NCBI GenBank assembly: GCA_013153895.1
Contig: JAADDN010000168.1
Coordinates: forward strand, 17,049-81,048
From: Thermoproteota archaeon
GTDB taxonomy: Archaea > Thermoproteota > Thermoprotei > Thermoproteales > Thermocladiaceae
Reading direction: 5' to 3'
Length of the DNA: 64,000 bases
This document shows positions 10,055 through 19,812 of this stretch, piece by piece. The translations under genes were made by a program, and so were the position numbers. The notes beneath the pieces were generated by a model, which searched no databases, was not told where the DNA came from, and saw only the letters and a program-made list of their open reading frames with translations. Every line of letters starts with the position of its first letter. The stretch's first letter is position 1.

Positions 10055-10515
10055 CTCTTCACCTCTCTAAGATACTCCTCGACAGCTTTCCTAGTAGCCA
10101 TGTTTACAGCCTCCATTCCTGAGAAGACACAGTCATATAGGTTAGAGAGGTTCTTCTCACGTAGAGCAATGTGACAGTAATTTACTAGATCTTTCAGCCT
10201 GCTCTTCCTCTTCTCAAGCTCAGTGTTTACACATGTCATGAACCTGTTAAAGTCTCTATGTTTCTTATACTCGCTGTAACAGTTTATAAAGATATCATTA
10301 ATATTTTTATACTCATTATCTAACTGTTTTGCTACACATTTCTTAAATTCTTTAGGGTCAGAAATATTTAAACATGAGGAGACTATGCTCACAAGATGTT
10401 TGCCTGGGTCAAACTTTGATGTGTCTAAATATTCTTCTACTGGCTTCACACGGCTTATTATGGTTATGAACCTGTCAGCTATGTTACTCATCGATAGATC
10501 TATATACTCTATCAA
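10051..10515 (-). CDS. Hypothetical protein (P0), paralog of 57148-57597
   Basis: The track start is TTG at 10515, and an in-frame ATG at 10491 is the alternative start. HRDFNRFMTCV matches THDFNKFTACV, and the C-termini are similar. Confidence 0.75.
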   Translation of the reverse strand: MIEYIDLSMSNIADRFITIISRVKPVEEYLDTSKFDPGKHLVSIVSSCLNISDPKEFKKCVAKQLDNEYKNINDIFINCYSEYKKHRDFNRFMTCVNTELEKRKSRLKDLVNYCHIALREKNLSNLYDCVFSGMEAVNMATRKAVEEYLREVKR

Positions 10516-10655
10516 ATAAATACTATCCTAATGTTCAGAAGGAGAAAAGAGGAGAAGGAAGGAAAGAAGGAGAACATTCTAGATGAGGTGCTTGGGCTTG
10601 GAGAGAAGAAAAAGAAGGGAGATATGTGTATTGAGACTGACTGGAGAAGCAGCTG

Positions 10656-11516
10656 CTAGCATATTTCAATGCTTAGATTCTTATCAAGCAGATCAAAGTT
10701 CTTGTACACCATGTTTCCACATATGCCTCTTCTAATAGCCTCCTCCATGATCTTCATATGGTTTCCCACACGCAGCTTCTTTGCAAGTACAGCAACTAGT
10801 AGATAGGTTAGGCACTGTATTGACTGGTAGTGGTACTCTCTTACTGTCCTGTTCTTTAATAGTGTAATAGCTATCTTATATATTAATGGTCTAAATTGTT
10901 CATCTACATATTTAACTGCTTCTTCAAGTATTGGAACATACATTATCTCTTCTTTTATATATTTTGTAAACATTTTCTTTGCTTCTGGAAAATATTTATG
11001 ATCTACCCTTATCTTCTTCAGAATATATGTCATAGTCTTATAATGTATTCTAATCTTCTTACTATACTGTACATATAGTATCATCATTATCTTAACAAGT
11101 TTAAGCGTTCTCGTAGGGTCTCTAGTCTCATGTAGGAGACTTTCAACTATTTTTCTAAACGTTTCTAGTGGAATGTCAGATGTCTCTACCCTAATGTTCA
11201 GCATCTCGTTATATGCTCTCAGTGTTGATTCTAGTGCTGTGTCAAGTATTCTCCTTACCTCGTCTTCAAATGTTCTTATTCCTATCTTCTTCTTCTCCTC
11301 TATACTTATCCTGGATCCTATCATTGTTACCTTTGTTCTCTGTATATGCATACGTGCTAGATATTGTTCTGGTGTATATGCTCTTGGTTCTGGATGTTCT
11401 ATGTCTATTACTCTCTCCTGTATCACTGTTCCACAGTTTGTACATATGTATTCTCCTCTCTCTATGTCTAGTACTATTCTATCTGATCCACAGTATGGGC
11501 AGCGTTCTACTGCCAT
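10656..11516 (-). CDS. tfb: Divergent transcription factor B (TFIIB-like)
   Basis: N-terminal zinc ribbon CPYCGS...x...CTNCG, followed by IDIEHPEPRAY (B-reader/linker position) and about 200 aa of helical, cyclin-fold-sized region. GGAG lies 5 nt upstream of the ATG. Confidence 0.75.
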   Translation of the reverse strand: MAVERCPYCGSDRIVLDIERGEYICTNCGTVIQERVIDIEHPEPRAYTPEQYLARMHIQRTKVTMIGSRISIEEKKKIGIRTFEDEVRRILDTALESTLRAYNEMLNIRVETSDIPLETFRKIVESLLHETRDPTRTLKLVKIMMILYVQYSKKIRIHYKTMTYILKKIRVDHKYFPEAKKMFTKYIKEEIMYVPILEEAVKYVDEQFRPLIYKIAITLLKNRTVREYHYQSIQCLTYLLVAVLAKKLRVGNHMKIMEEAIRRGICGNMVYKNFDLLDKNLSIEIC

Positions 11517-11635
11517 GATGATCTCCTTTTTAGTTGTTCATATTCTTCGTCTGTGATTTTTATTATATATTGCTCCTCAATGTTATGCTTTCTTCTTTTT
11601 ATTCTTATCTTTATGTGATGTGGTTGATAGTGTTC

Positions 11636-11660
11636 AGACACGTGGATGTTCCACGTGTCT
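11636..11660. promoter_or_regulatory. Perfect 11-bp inverted repeat (hairpin or operator candidate) between the 70-aa ORF and the TFB gene
   Basis: AGACACGTGGA-TGT-TCCACGTGTCT read directly from the sequence. It contains two CACGTG palindromes. Confidence 0.5.
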
Positions 11661-11680
11661 ATTATTTAAGTGTTTCATCT

Positions 11681-11893
11681 TTATGAGTATATTATTATTC
11701 TGTTCTCTGTCTTCTCTATTCCGATTCTTCTGTCTCCTATCTTTACTATGTAGTGGTCTCTTGTTACTCTATGGATCTCTGCACGTATTTTCAATTCTTT
11801 TGTTACCTGTATGAGAATGTCTTCTAAGTCTATGTTCTCTGGTATGTCTTCAATATATGTTATTTTTATTTTCCTGCTCTCCTGCTTCTGCAC
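11681..11893 (-). CDS. Hypothetical 70-aa protein
   Basis: GTG start only. Purine-rich codon usage like neighbouring genes. Divergent from the helicase gene at 11925. Confidence 0.4.
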   Translation of the reverse strand: MQKQESRKIKITYIEDIPENIDLEDILIQVTKELKIRAEIHRVTRDHYIVKIGDRRIGIEKTENRIIIYS

Positions 11894-11924
11894 ATGTTAA
11901 CCTATTTATTAAGGTTTTTAAAAC

Positions 11925-13532
11925 ATGTTTAACATGGGTCATCTCCGCCATGATCAGGAGAGAGCGGTTTCACATGTATTAAAATGTCTTGAGAGGAGGA
12001 GGGTGACTGTTCTTAGGGCTCCTACAGGTTTTGGAAAGACTCTTACTGGGATCGAGATTGCTAGGAGGTGGGGTGAGTCTACTGTTGTAGCGGTTCGTAC
12101 TAGGAATCAGCTGTCTAGATATGTTGAGGATATGGTATTATTCTATAATGATGTTCCTAGGATTCTTCTTAATAGATTGTTAACATGTTTTAAATATGGT
12201 AGTAACTGTAAGTCATGCTTGTTTAACAATGTTCTTGATAAGAAGGTAATTATCAGTAATAGACTATTTGATCCATATAGTAGAGATGTCTTATACTTTT
12301 TCAGGAGTAGGGGAGCATGTTTGTATAGGTCTTTCACGTCTATTGACTCTAATCTGACTGTCTGTACGTATCCTTTCATTATTCATTCGCGTCTTCGTAG
12401 GAGGATTGGTTCTCCTTCTCTGTTGATTATTGATGAGGCTCATAATATTGAGAATATTACTTCTATTGTCATAGATGTTAATAGGGTTCTGAGATTGTTA
12501 TCAATGTTTCTTGATGTTGTTAAGAGGAGGAGAATACGTGATAGTATGGTTCTTCACTGTATGAATAATGTGATGACCTATATACGGTCTGTTAAGAATC
12601 TTGATCATGTTAGGGAGATTCTTACATGTCTTGAGACAGTTTTCTCGCGTCTCTTCTCTGATTCTTCTCCTCCTCTAGAGCTTGCTGAGCTTTTTGTTGA
12701 GGTTTGTTCATGTTTTGAGACTGTTCTTGAGATGGGTCTGGACTATATTACATATGATAATAACATGTTAATGTTTAGGACTCTTGATCTTGAGATGATT
12801 GGAAGGTTTCTAGAGCAGTTTGATAGGGTTGTCCTCATGTCTGCTACCCTGCCTGATAGATGGTTTCTGCGCCAGGTATGGGGTATAGATGATGTTGAGG
12901 TTATAGATGTTGATTATAGGTATGATAATATTTCTATAAGTATTATACCTGATGTCACGTCTAGATTCTCTAGACGTAGTGTAGAGATGTATCGTTCTAC
13001 TGCTGCTATTCTTGATCGTATAGTGTCTAGGGCTGATAAGAATGTTCTGATCTTCTTCCCATCATATGAATATCTTAGAAACACGGCAAGACACATGAGG
13101 ACCAGGATAGAACAGGTATCAGATATAGGCGAGGCTGTTAAGCTTGCTAGAGAGGGAAAACATGTATATGCAGATGTCATCGGTGGAAGACTTAGCGAGG
13201 GTATAGAGCTTGTGGATAGGGTGAGGAGGACTCTACTTGTTTCTGATCTAACTGTTGTTGGGATACCATATCCAAAATATGATGAATATATGAGAAGACT
13301 GTTGAAAAGGCTTGAAGATAGAGGCATAAGACCAGAAGTATATCTAATAGAGAAGGCTTGGACTGGTGTTAGACAGGCGATAGGTAGAGCATGTAGGTTA
13401 GGATATAGTGGGCATGTAAGAATATGGCTTCTAGATGAGAGGTATAGGTCTGAGATATGGCTTAGAAAGATATATACATTGAGTAGAGATGTTAGGATAG
13501 TACCTGCATGTTCTATAATAGGTCTATCTTAG
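11925..13532 (+). CDS. XPD/Rad3/DinG-family SF2 helicase
   Basis: Motif I APTGFGKT, motif II IIDEAHNIE (DEAH), motif III MSATL, GRLSEGIEL, motif VI QAIGRACR. Four Cys between motifs I and II (TC..NCKSC...AC) fit an FeS domain. Confidence 0.85.
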   Translation: MFNMGHLRHDQERAVSHVLKCLERRRVTVLRAPTGFGKTLTGIEIARRWGESTVVAVRTRNQLSRYVEDMVLFYNDVPRILLNRLLTCFKYGSNCKSCLFNNVLDKKVIISNRLFDPYSRDVLYFFRSRGACLYRSFTSIDSNLTVCTYPFIIHSRLRRRIGSPSLLIIDEAHNIENITSIVIDVNRVLRLLSMFLDVVKRRRIRDSMVLHCMNNVMTYIRSVKNLDHVREILTCLETVFSRLFSDSSPPLELAELFVEVCSCFETVLEMGLDYITYDNNMLMFRTLDLEMIGRFLEQFDRVVLMSATLPDRWFLRQVWGIDDVEVIDVDYRYDNISISIIPDVTSRFSRRSVEMYRSTAAILDRIVSRADKNVLIFFPSYEYLRNTARHMRTRIEQVSDIGEAVKLAREGKHVYADVIGGRLSEGIELVDRVRRTLLVSDLTVVGIPYPKYDEYMRRLLKRLEDRGIRPEVYLIEKAWTGVRQAIGRACRLGYSGHVRIWLLDERYRSEIWLRKIYTLSRDVRIVPACSIIGLS

Positions 13533-14346
13533 TCTCTATCATGTCTATACTGTTCTCTCTGGCAATCTCCTCAAGCTTCTTAGTAATGTCCTGCATCTCC
13601 TCTCCTAGACCGCTATCCTCTATCTTTCTAATTATTCTCATTATCTCGCTACGTATCTTCCCTGTTATTAGTATAGGATTGTTCCTGTACTCTCTCTCAA
13701 GCTTCTTCAGGAGCTGTCTAAGATCTCTAACCTCTTCACGTATACCTGCTTTTACAAGCTCTATCATAGTCTCTCTCTGCCTCTCGAAGAGGTCTGCAAG
13801 AGACCTATCTGGGAGATACTTCTCAGCTATCTCTCTAGGCAACATCGGGAGGTAGAATACTTTAAATCTCTCTGCAATGTTCTTGCTCACTATTCTCGAA
13901 ACATATGCTTCCCAGCTTATCTTCTCGTTCTCCTCTATTATTCTCCTAGCCTCTTCAACATATTTTAAAACTTGTTCAATATCTCTCCATACATTTCTCT
14001 TAGAACTCTTCCTATAGTATAATTTATCTATTTTTCCTTCTATAAGAAACCTTTTAAGATCGTTCTCAAACTGTTCCAGTTCTTTTCTATGTTTTTCTGC
14101 GGCTTTCTCTATTTTTGGTATGTTTGCTACCTTTGTAATATACATGTCTGTATACTTTATATGTATGGTATATTTTGATAGTTCATGTCTCCATCTGTTA
14201 TATAATGCTCTTAGATAGTCTCCAAAGTATTTTAATGGGTTAAGTATCTTGCTCCCATATTTCAGCCCTGTCTTTGTGTCTATAAGCTTGAAGATTACTG
14301 ATAGCTGTCCTGGGCTTGGGTGGTCATATGTTACTAAGGTTAACAT
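13513..14346 (-). CDS. Hypothetical, largely helical/coiled-coil protein
   Basis: ATG start, 277 aa, charged heptad-like sequence. No motif recognised. Confidence 0.75.
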   Translation of the reverse strand: MLTLVTYDHPSPGQLSVIFKLIDTKTGLKYGSKILNPLKYFGDYLRALYNRWRHELSKYTIHIKYTDMYITKVANIPKIEKAAEKHRKELEQFENDLKRFLIEGKIDKLYYRKSSKRNVWRDIEQVLKYVEEARRIIEENEKISWEAYVSRIVSKNIAERFKVFYLPMLPREIAEKYLPDRSLADLFERQRETMIELVKAGIREEVRDLRQLLKKLEREYRNNPILITGKIRSEIMRIIRKIEDSGLGEEMQDITKKLEEIARENSIDMIETKIDLL

Positions 14347-14379
14347 GATATTAATATGATTAGAAGGTTTTTAACAGGA

Positions 14380-15366
14380 CTAACGTATATTCTCTACTAG
14401 ACTTCCAATCCTCTTCTTGAAGTCCTCCACAAGCTTCTGCTTCATCTTCCTGCTCAGCTCGGCATTATCTATCAAGCATAGTACTACCTCTACCATGTTC
14501 CTAGTATAGTCTATACACATCTTCACGTTCTCCTCATCTTTGAACAGTGTCCTCTCTATATCCTCTCCTAGGACTGCTCGAACAATCCTTCTCACACCCT
14601 CAACATTTTCAACATTAAGTACAGGATTCCCATTACCCTCAGATACTGATATAGTCTGAACATTCTCCTCCCTCTCTCTACTCTCCTCCTCCTCTCCCTT
14701 TCCTCTCTCCTCTTCTTTCTCCTCCTCCGCTATCTTCTCGATCTCTTCTCTTGGTGGTCCAGCTTCCTCTACTGTCTCTTCTTTCTCCGTCTCCTCATGC
14801 TCCTCCTTCTTCTCTACTGGTTTAACTATCTGGTAGTGGAGGTATGTTATTACTCTGATATTTGCCTTCGTTGTCTCTGGATTGAACGCGTACATTACTA
14901 CTAGGTCTCCCTCACTTGCCTCTCCGTTCAGTTTCATTCCTTTTATAGAGAAGTCTCCTATTAGAAGGCTCTCCTTTCCGTCTACTGTATCTAGCCAATA
15001 TCTTACTCCGCTCCTGGCTTTTCTTAGGACGCCCATATATTTTGGTGGCAGCTTTCCACTGTACTCGCTATATGATATTATCTCTGTTATCCTGTTACCG
15101 AATACTCTTGCTCTCAGCTCTACACATTTAAGGTCCTGTAACATGTATACTATCTCTGTAACCTTATCATCTAGTCTAGCTACTAGTACCCTTTCTTGTC
15201 CATCAACTAGGCATGCTAGCTGGACCTCTCTAGATCCTACACGTGCATCTATCGCTATCATCTTCCTCTCCTCTCCAAGCGGTATGCCGCTGCTAGCCCT
15301 GTTTCTGAACTCTCTAAGCTTCTCCTCAAGCGCTTTGAGGACCTCCTCACTTATCTCGAAGCTCAT
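14380..15366 (-). CDS. Hypothetical protein with a long acidic low-complexity tract
   Basis: ATG start with ATGA coupling to the upstream gene. Contains EKKEEHEETEKEETVEEAGPPREEIEKIAEEEKEEERGKGEEEESREREE. Confidence 0.8.
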   Translation of the reverse strand: MSFEISEEVLKALEEKLREFRNRASSGIPLGEERKMIAIDARVGSREVQLACLVDGQERVLVARLDDKVTEIVYMLQDLKCVELRARVFGNRITEIISYSEYSGKLPPKYMGVLRKARSGVRYWLDTVDGKESLLIGDFSIKGMKLNGEASEGDLVVMYAFNPETTKANIRVITYLHYQIVKPVEKKEEHEETEKEETVEEAGPPREEIEKIAEEEKEEERGKGEEEESREREENVQTISVSEGNGNPVLNVENVEGVRRIVRAVLGEDIERTLFKDEENVKMCIDYTRNMVEVVLCLIDNAELSRKMKQKLVEDFKKRIGSLVENIR

Positions 15367-15863
15367 GCTGTGTCACCTAGAGTGAGCTTGCTATGTGCAA
15401 CCTTCATACAATCTATTACAAAGTTTCTTACACGTTCAGGCAATATATCGAGAAAGGTGTAGTAGAGGAGAAGAGCAACATGTATAATATTGCAGAGGCT
15501 TAACCTCATATTATTGAACGGGTATACATGATTATATGATTGTAAAAGTTTGAGCTTTATAACATTTAGAAGAACAGCAGTATCATATTTTATACCTATA
15601 TTAACATAATTCTTCTTCTTTCCAAGTTTCTGTAGATTAACAAGACTGTTCTCAAGTCCGCTTCCTAGATTATTAACGATTCTTTCAACCTCCTCCAGCT
15701 CCTTTATCAGGTTGTCGTCTATTGTTCCTAGGTCAACTATTTCTGTTCTCTCTCCATCGTTTCTATTTCTCTTCTTCTTACCGTACTTTCCTATACTTTT
15801 CTCCTCTCTCTCAAGCTCTTTCAAAATCTCTTCCAGCTTCTCGAGGTCCTCTCCCTCTTTCAT
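15363..15863 (-). CDS. Hypothetical protein
   Basis: ATG start. Its stop overlaps the start of 14380-15366. Confidence 0.75.
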   Translation of the reverse strand: MKEGEDLEKLEEILKELEREEKSIGKYGKKKRNRNDGERTEIVDLGTIDDNLIKELEEVERIVNNLGSGLENSLVNLQKLGKKKNYVNIGIKYDTAVLLNVIKLKLLQSYNHVYPFNNMRLSLCNIIHVALLLYYTFLDILPERVRNFVIDCMKVAHSKLTLGDTA

Positions 15864-15926
15864 ACATGTTCTAGGTTTATTACCTTTTTAAGTCGCAAGT
15901 TCACGATTAGTGTATTTTTATGATTA

Positions 15927-17315
15927 TTATTCCTCTACTAGTTCTTTCACTGTTCTAATTTTTACTGGTCTGCTGAGTCTCTGGTACCAGTCTCCTCTAA
16001 CCACATTTGCATAATGTCTCAATGTTTCTATCATTGCTTCCCATGATCGCACGTCTAGTAGCACGACGGTGTGCTCCATGTCTCTCCTCCTGTTTGATCT
16101 ATAGTATGACTGTACGTTCACTGCATTGTTCATTATCCGTACCATGTCATATGCTAGGTCTAGATCATCATCACAGTATCCATGTGTCATATACGTAGGG
16201 TCTGCTCCTGTAGGTGTCTGATATAGGCAGAAGATGATGTCTGTATCTGGTAGTGATACTCCTCTGAACCATCTTCCACGTGTTGTCCATATTATTACCT
16301 GTATGTTCTCACCATAGTGTGGCGGTTCTCTACATGATACGTCGCTTCTCACATCTATTCCACGTTCTCTCAACATTTCTTCCAGTCTAAGAGTTATCTG
16401 ATAGTTCTTTGACGCTATTCCAATACTTTTACCCCTATCTACGAGATCTATAACAGTCTCGGCTAGCTCAGGTACCCATCTTGAGGGGCTAAGGTATTTT
16501 CCTGCTCTCTGCTCTATGCCTTCTATACTTGAGAGGTACTGTGGATAGAGCGCATATCTGTCAAGTACCTGTGCACGTATCCCAGCGTAGTATATTGTAT
16601 ATGTCTGTGGAATATTGAAACATGATATGACACGTGGATGCAGTGTAGCAGAGATGAGAACTGTCAGCCGACCTAGAGGAAGCTCAGGACGGTAGAAGTA
16701 GAGGTTTCCGAACTGTATCACGGAACGGAGCACGCGTCTAACAACCTCTCTCCAGTATCTGTCCCTTCTCATGTTTCTTACAGCATGTTCAAGCTCTCTC
16801 CTGGTGAATGCGAGTCTATATAGGTCTGCTAGACTGTCAGCCTCATCTATGACTAGTATAGTACGGTTAAATACTCTACTATTCATAAGATAGAGAACAT
16901 AGAGAAGATTATGAGTCATAACCCATATATGTCCACTACCCTGAAAGAACTCACGTATCTGAGACCTGAACTCGCAGTACGATTCTCCGCATTCACCACA
17001 TGTACGTACAAGATTGTAAAGATATTCAAGAATGTTAGAGCAGTCATGTATGCTATCTCTAACATGTGGACAAGTCTCCTCCTTGCTCCTAATCATCTCT
17101 GCACTATATCCTAGCGATGGTATATACCTCTCCACAAGCCAGTTACGTAGACTACGTAAAGGTACAGAAACTATTAGCCTAGTACCTAGTGCCCTAGCTA
17201 GAAGAATCATAGAGTAGACAACAGTCCTAGTCTTCCCACCACCTGGAAGACCATAGATATTTAATATCTTGTTTCCAAGCCTATACATTGCTATTAGTGT
17301 CCTAGCATTAAGCAT
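15927..17315 (-). CDS. Second, more divergent Rad3/XPD-like SF2 helicase
   Basis: Walker A GLPGGGKT, Walker B LVIDEADSL, ISATL, RGVSLPD. Cys cluster CPHV...DC...CGECGESYC between motifs I and II. Confidence 0.8.
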   Translation of the reverse strand: MLNARTLIAMYRLGNKILNIYGLPGGGKTRTVVYSMILLARALGTRLIVSVPLRSLRNWLVERYIPSLGYSAEMIRSKEETCPHVRDSIHDCSNILEYLYNLVRTCGECGESYCEFRSQIREFFQGSGHIWVMTHNLLYVLYLMNSRVFNRTILVIDEADSLADLYRLAFTRRELEHAVRNMRRDRYWREVVRRVLRSVIQFGNLYFYRPELPLGRLTVLISATLHPRVISCFNIPQTYTIYYAGIRAQVLDRYALYPQYLSSIEGIEQRAGKYLSPSRWVPELAETVIDLVDRGKSIGIASKNYQITLRLEEMLRERGIDVRSDVSCREPPHYGENIQVIIWTTRGRWFRGVSLPDTDIIFCLYQTPTGADPTYMTHGYCDDDLDLAYDMVRIMNNAVNVQSYYRSNRRRDMEHTVVLLDVRSWEAMIETLRHYANVVRGDWYQRLSRPVKIRTVKELVEE

Positions 17316-18477
17316 TTATGACCACCTTCAAAGCATTAACAAGAATGTCAGGGCTATTTACAACAAGAGCAGACACCTTCCTAGCAAGAGTACTAGTACA
17401 GTAACATGGAACGAACCTCCCCGTAAGAGCATTACCAAGATATATCGGGCATATTCCCTTATAAGCAAAACTGTATGTACCCCTGAGAACATTATACCTA
17501 AGATTGTTCTCGGGAGGAGTCCTACAGATATACTCCTCCCCATTTACAGTATATCTCAAACGTTGAACAATACTAAACAGCTGATCCTCACTTAACCCAA
17601 CAATCTTCAAAGCACCTAGAAACTCAACCTCAAAAACCGTATGTAATCCACGTGGTATAGATGTGGGATATGTTATAGATGGAAGCTCTATAGGTCTATT
17701 ATTTATGAGACATGTAACATAGTACCTCGTACATTCACCACATCCAGCAGCAGAAAAACAGAGCTGAGCATAGACTAGAGCCCTCTCAAGAGGGAGAGAA
17801 GTCACAATCCTCCTGACAGGACCAGGAGCCTCAGCAAGCTCTACCCTGCCCTCGATCCGTTCAACATATGTACCATAGCACACATCCTCTACAGCACGTA
17901 CAAGCATTTTCAAACGATCATAAACATCTCTAAGACACTTCTCAACACTTTCAATACCAGTCCTACTAACCTTAACATAGTGAAGCACCTCCCTACCACC
18001 ATCATACTCTATGACCAGCCTAGACGGATAAGTAATAACATAACCAAAAGTCTTATTATCAAAAACCCCTTTAACACCAGTAAACTTCCTAGCCAGATCA
18101 AGCTCATCCCTCTCCAATCTCGTGACAATATGGTACCCACCTGTAGCAGTAACCTCAACAAAAACCTCATCAGGACTAAGAAACCTCCATATCAGATCAA
18201 TAGGAACCCTAGCATCAAGATCAAGAATAAATAATCTAGAAGGAGCACCAGCAACACCAAAAGCAGAACAACCAGCACAGACACGCCTAACAGCCATCTC
18301 AGAAACATCACTATACAAGACAGCACAATCATAACAGTACCTCAACCCCCTAGGAACAAGAGGACACTTCGCAACCGCAACAGCCTCCTCACGACTACAC
18401 CCCCTACCAAAACCCCTAACAGGAACCAGCATGAAACCCTTATTAAACAGCTCCCCCACAAAATCACAGAGACCCAT
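17308..18477 (-). CDS. Archaeo-eukaryotic primase superfamily prim-pol
   Basis: LFILDLDARV (DxD) and VEVTATGGYHIV (sGGxH) in the order expected for the Prim-Pol domain. Its 3' end overlaps the helicase start by 8 nt. Confidence 0.75.
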   Translation of the reverse strand: MGLCDFVGELFNKGFMLVPVRGFGRGCSREEAVAVAKCPLVPRGLRYCYDCAVLYSDVSEMAVRRVCAGCSAFGVAGAPSRLFILDLDARVPIDLIWRFLSPDEVFVEVTATGGYHIVTRLERDELDLARKFTGVKGVFDNKTFGYVITYPSRLVIEYDGGREVLHYVKVSRTGIESVEKCLRDVYDRLKMLVRAVEDVCYGTYVERIEGRVELAEAPGPVRRIVTSLPLERALVYAQLCFSAAGCGECTRYYVTCLINNRPIELPSITYPTSIPRGLHTVFEVEFLGALKIVGLSEDQLFSIVQRLRYTVNGEEYICRTPPENNLRYNVLRGTYSFAYKGICPIYLGNALTGRFVPCYCTSTLARKVSALVVNSPDILVNALKVVINA

Positions 18478-19812
18478 CAGAAACAGAAGAAGAGAAAAAA
18501 TAAAAACAAAACACTAAACACCAACACACAGTAATAACCCAAAAAACAACAGAAAAATACACCAAGGAACAAAACAACAAACCAAAACAAAACACCACAA
18601 AAATGCGAGTAATACCCACAAAATAAAAACACACCAAGGAACAAAACCGAGTCACACTCCACATTCTCCCCCAGTTCACAGACTAAACCACCCACCAAAA
18701 CTATACACTCTTTCCACACAACACCAAAACTTGTGAACTCCCAACCTCCCTACTTCGCGTAAGTATCTCCCCCGCTACATTAAATACGAGTGCGCCCCCG
18801 CCTTCACGGGTTGTGGAAAATCTCGCAAAATAACATCTCTCTACATGTCAAAAATAAACGATTAAAAACCAATTATGATAATGCTCACACAGACTTAAAA
18901 TAACAATAAAACACAAAAACATACAACCTTAAAAACCCAAAAGAAAAAACATCAACACACAACAAAAAACAATAAGACACAACAGAACAAGATACTTCAT
19001 ACCCCACATTTAGATACCAATAACATGAAAACGAGACCTTCACACCATATATTCTACAAGGCTACCATAAACTCCACAAGAAAACAAACAACTCCACAAG
19101 AAACATCATTACAAAAATCAATTAGCCCTAATTGACCAATGCATTACTCATCAATTAGAGATGCATTATGGTAGAATTGAAATATTAATGCATTCTCAAT
19201 TGACCACCAATTAACCCCCCAGCCGAGAATACATTAACTCTCAATTGAAGCTAATGCATGAAGAATAGAAACAAAATCACAGAAAGTACATGACAAGACC
19301 AAACACCCTAAAAAGAAAACAACACTCCCAAACCAGAACACCTGTGAAAAACATATACGTAATACCACACAAAAATACAAAAACAAACTTAATTAAACAG
19401 CAAAATAATAAATTAAAAAGAGAACGAAACAACACACAGAGGTTTTCTAAAGACAAACCATACACAACTACACAGAAAACAGCAGAAAACAAGTAAAACC
19501 AATAGAATAAATATACCAATAAACCATAAACTCTAGAAAACAAACAGCACTAGAAAACTAATAACATTGATAAAACATGTATAAAAACAATCAAAACAAT
19601 ACACCACACCAGACAGAATAACCATACAATAGACCACGTCGAAGATTATAACTCAAAGTAATACTACAATTTAAGAATAGAAAAACATAAAACATCATAA
19701 AAATACATTAAAACAATAATAACCATATATAGGTAATAAAGATCAAAATAAGACATAAATAAAGTAAAAAGATATAAAAGAAGACTAACATACATGAAAG
19801 AACATATGTACC
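18478..19812. other. Non-coding arm, extremely A+C-rich on the + strand, with short internal repeats and ATGCAT/CAATTG motifs
   Basis: Positions 18481-18540 contain 51/60 A+C (counted). ACACCAAGGAACAAAAC occurs twice, and AACTCCACAAGAAA occurs twice in tandem near 19069-19104. AATGCAT occurs near 19138, 19187 and 19253. Confidence 0.7.

Noticed and set aside
7499-10515. The two inverted cassettes as long inverted terminal repeats of a linear genome
   Set aside because: The copies are similar only at the protein level, and I saw no extended nucleotide identity. This fits an ancient duplication better than homogenised ITRs.
10539-10664. 41-aa highly charged + strand ORF (MFRRRKEEKEGKKENILDEV...) in a polypurine tract between two minus-strand genes
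   Set aside because: It is short and low-complexity, is opposite in orientation to the surrounding operon, and overlaps the TFB 3' end. It is more likely just a purine-rich spacer.
18740-18830. G/C-rich island in the A+C-rich arm as a possible tRNA or small structured RNA
   Set aside because: I could not fold a cloverleaf or find T-loop/D-loop consensus on either strand. Only a 4-bp CCCG/CGGG hairpin is visible. A covariance-model scan would be needed.
18464-19543. F/L/C/V-rich ORFs on the minus strand (18464-18679, 18477-18719, 19277-19543) and a K/N/T/Q-rich + ORF (19290-19496)
   Set aside because: The G+T-rich strand is depleted in A, so stop codons are rare and long ORFs arise by chance. 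The compositions are extreme and overlap each other in different frames. I keep open a small chance that they are very hydrophobic proteins.
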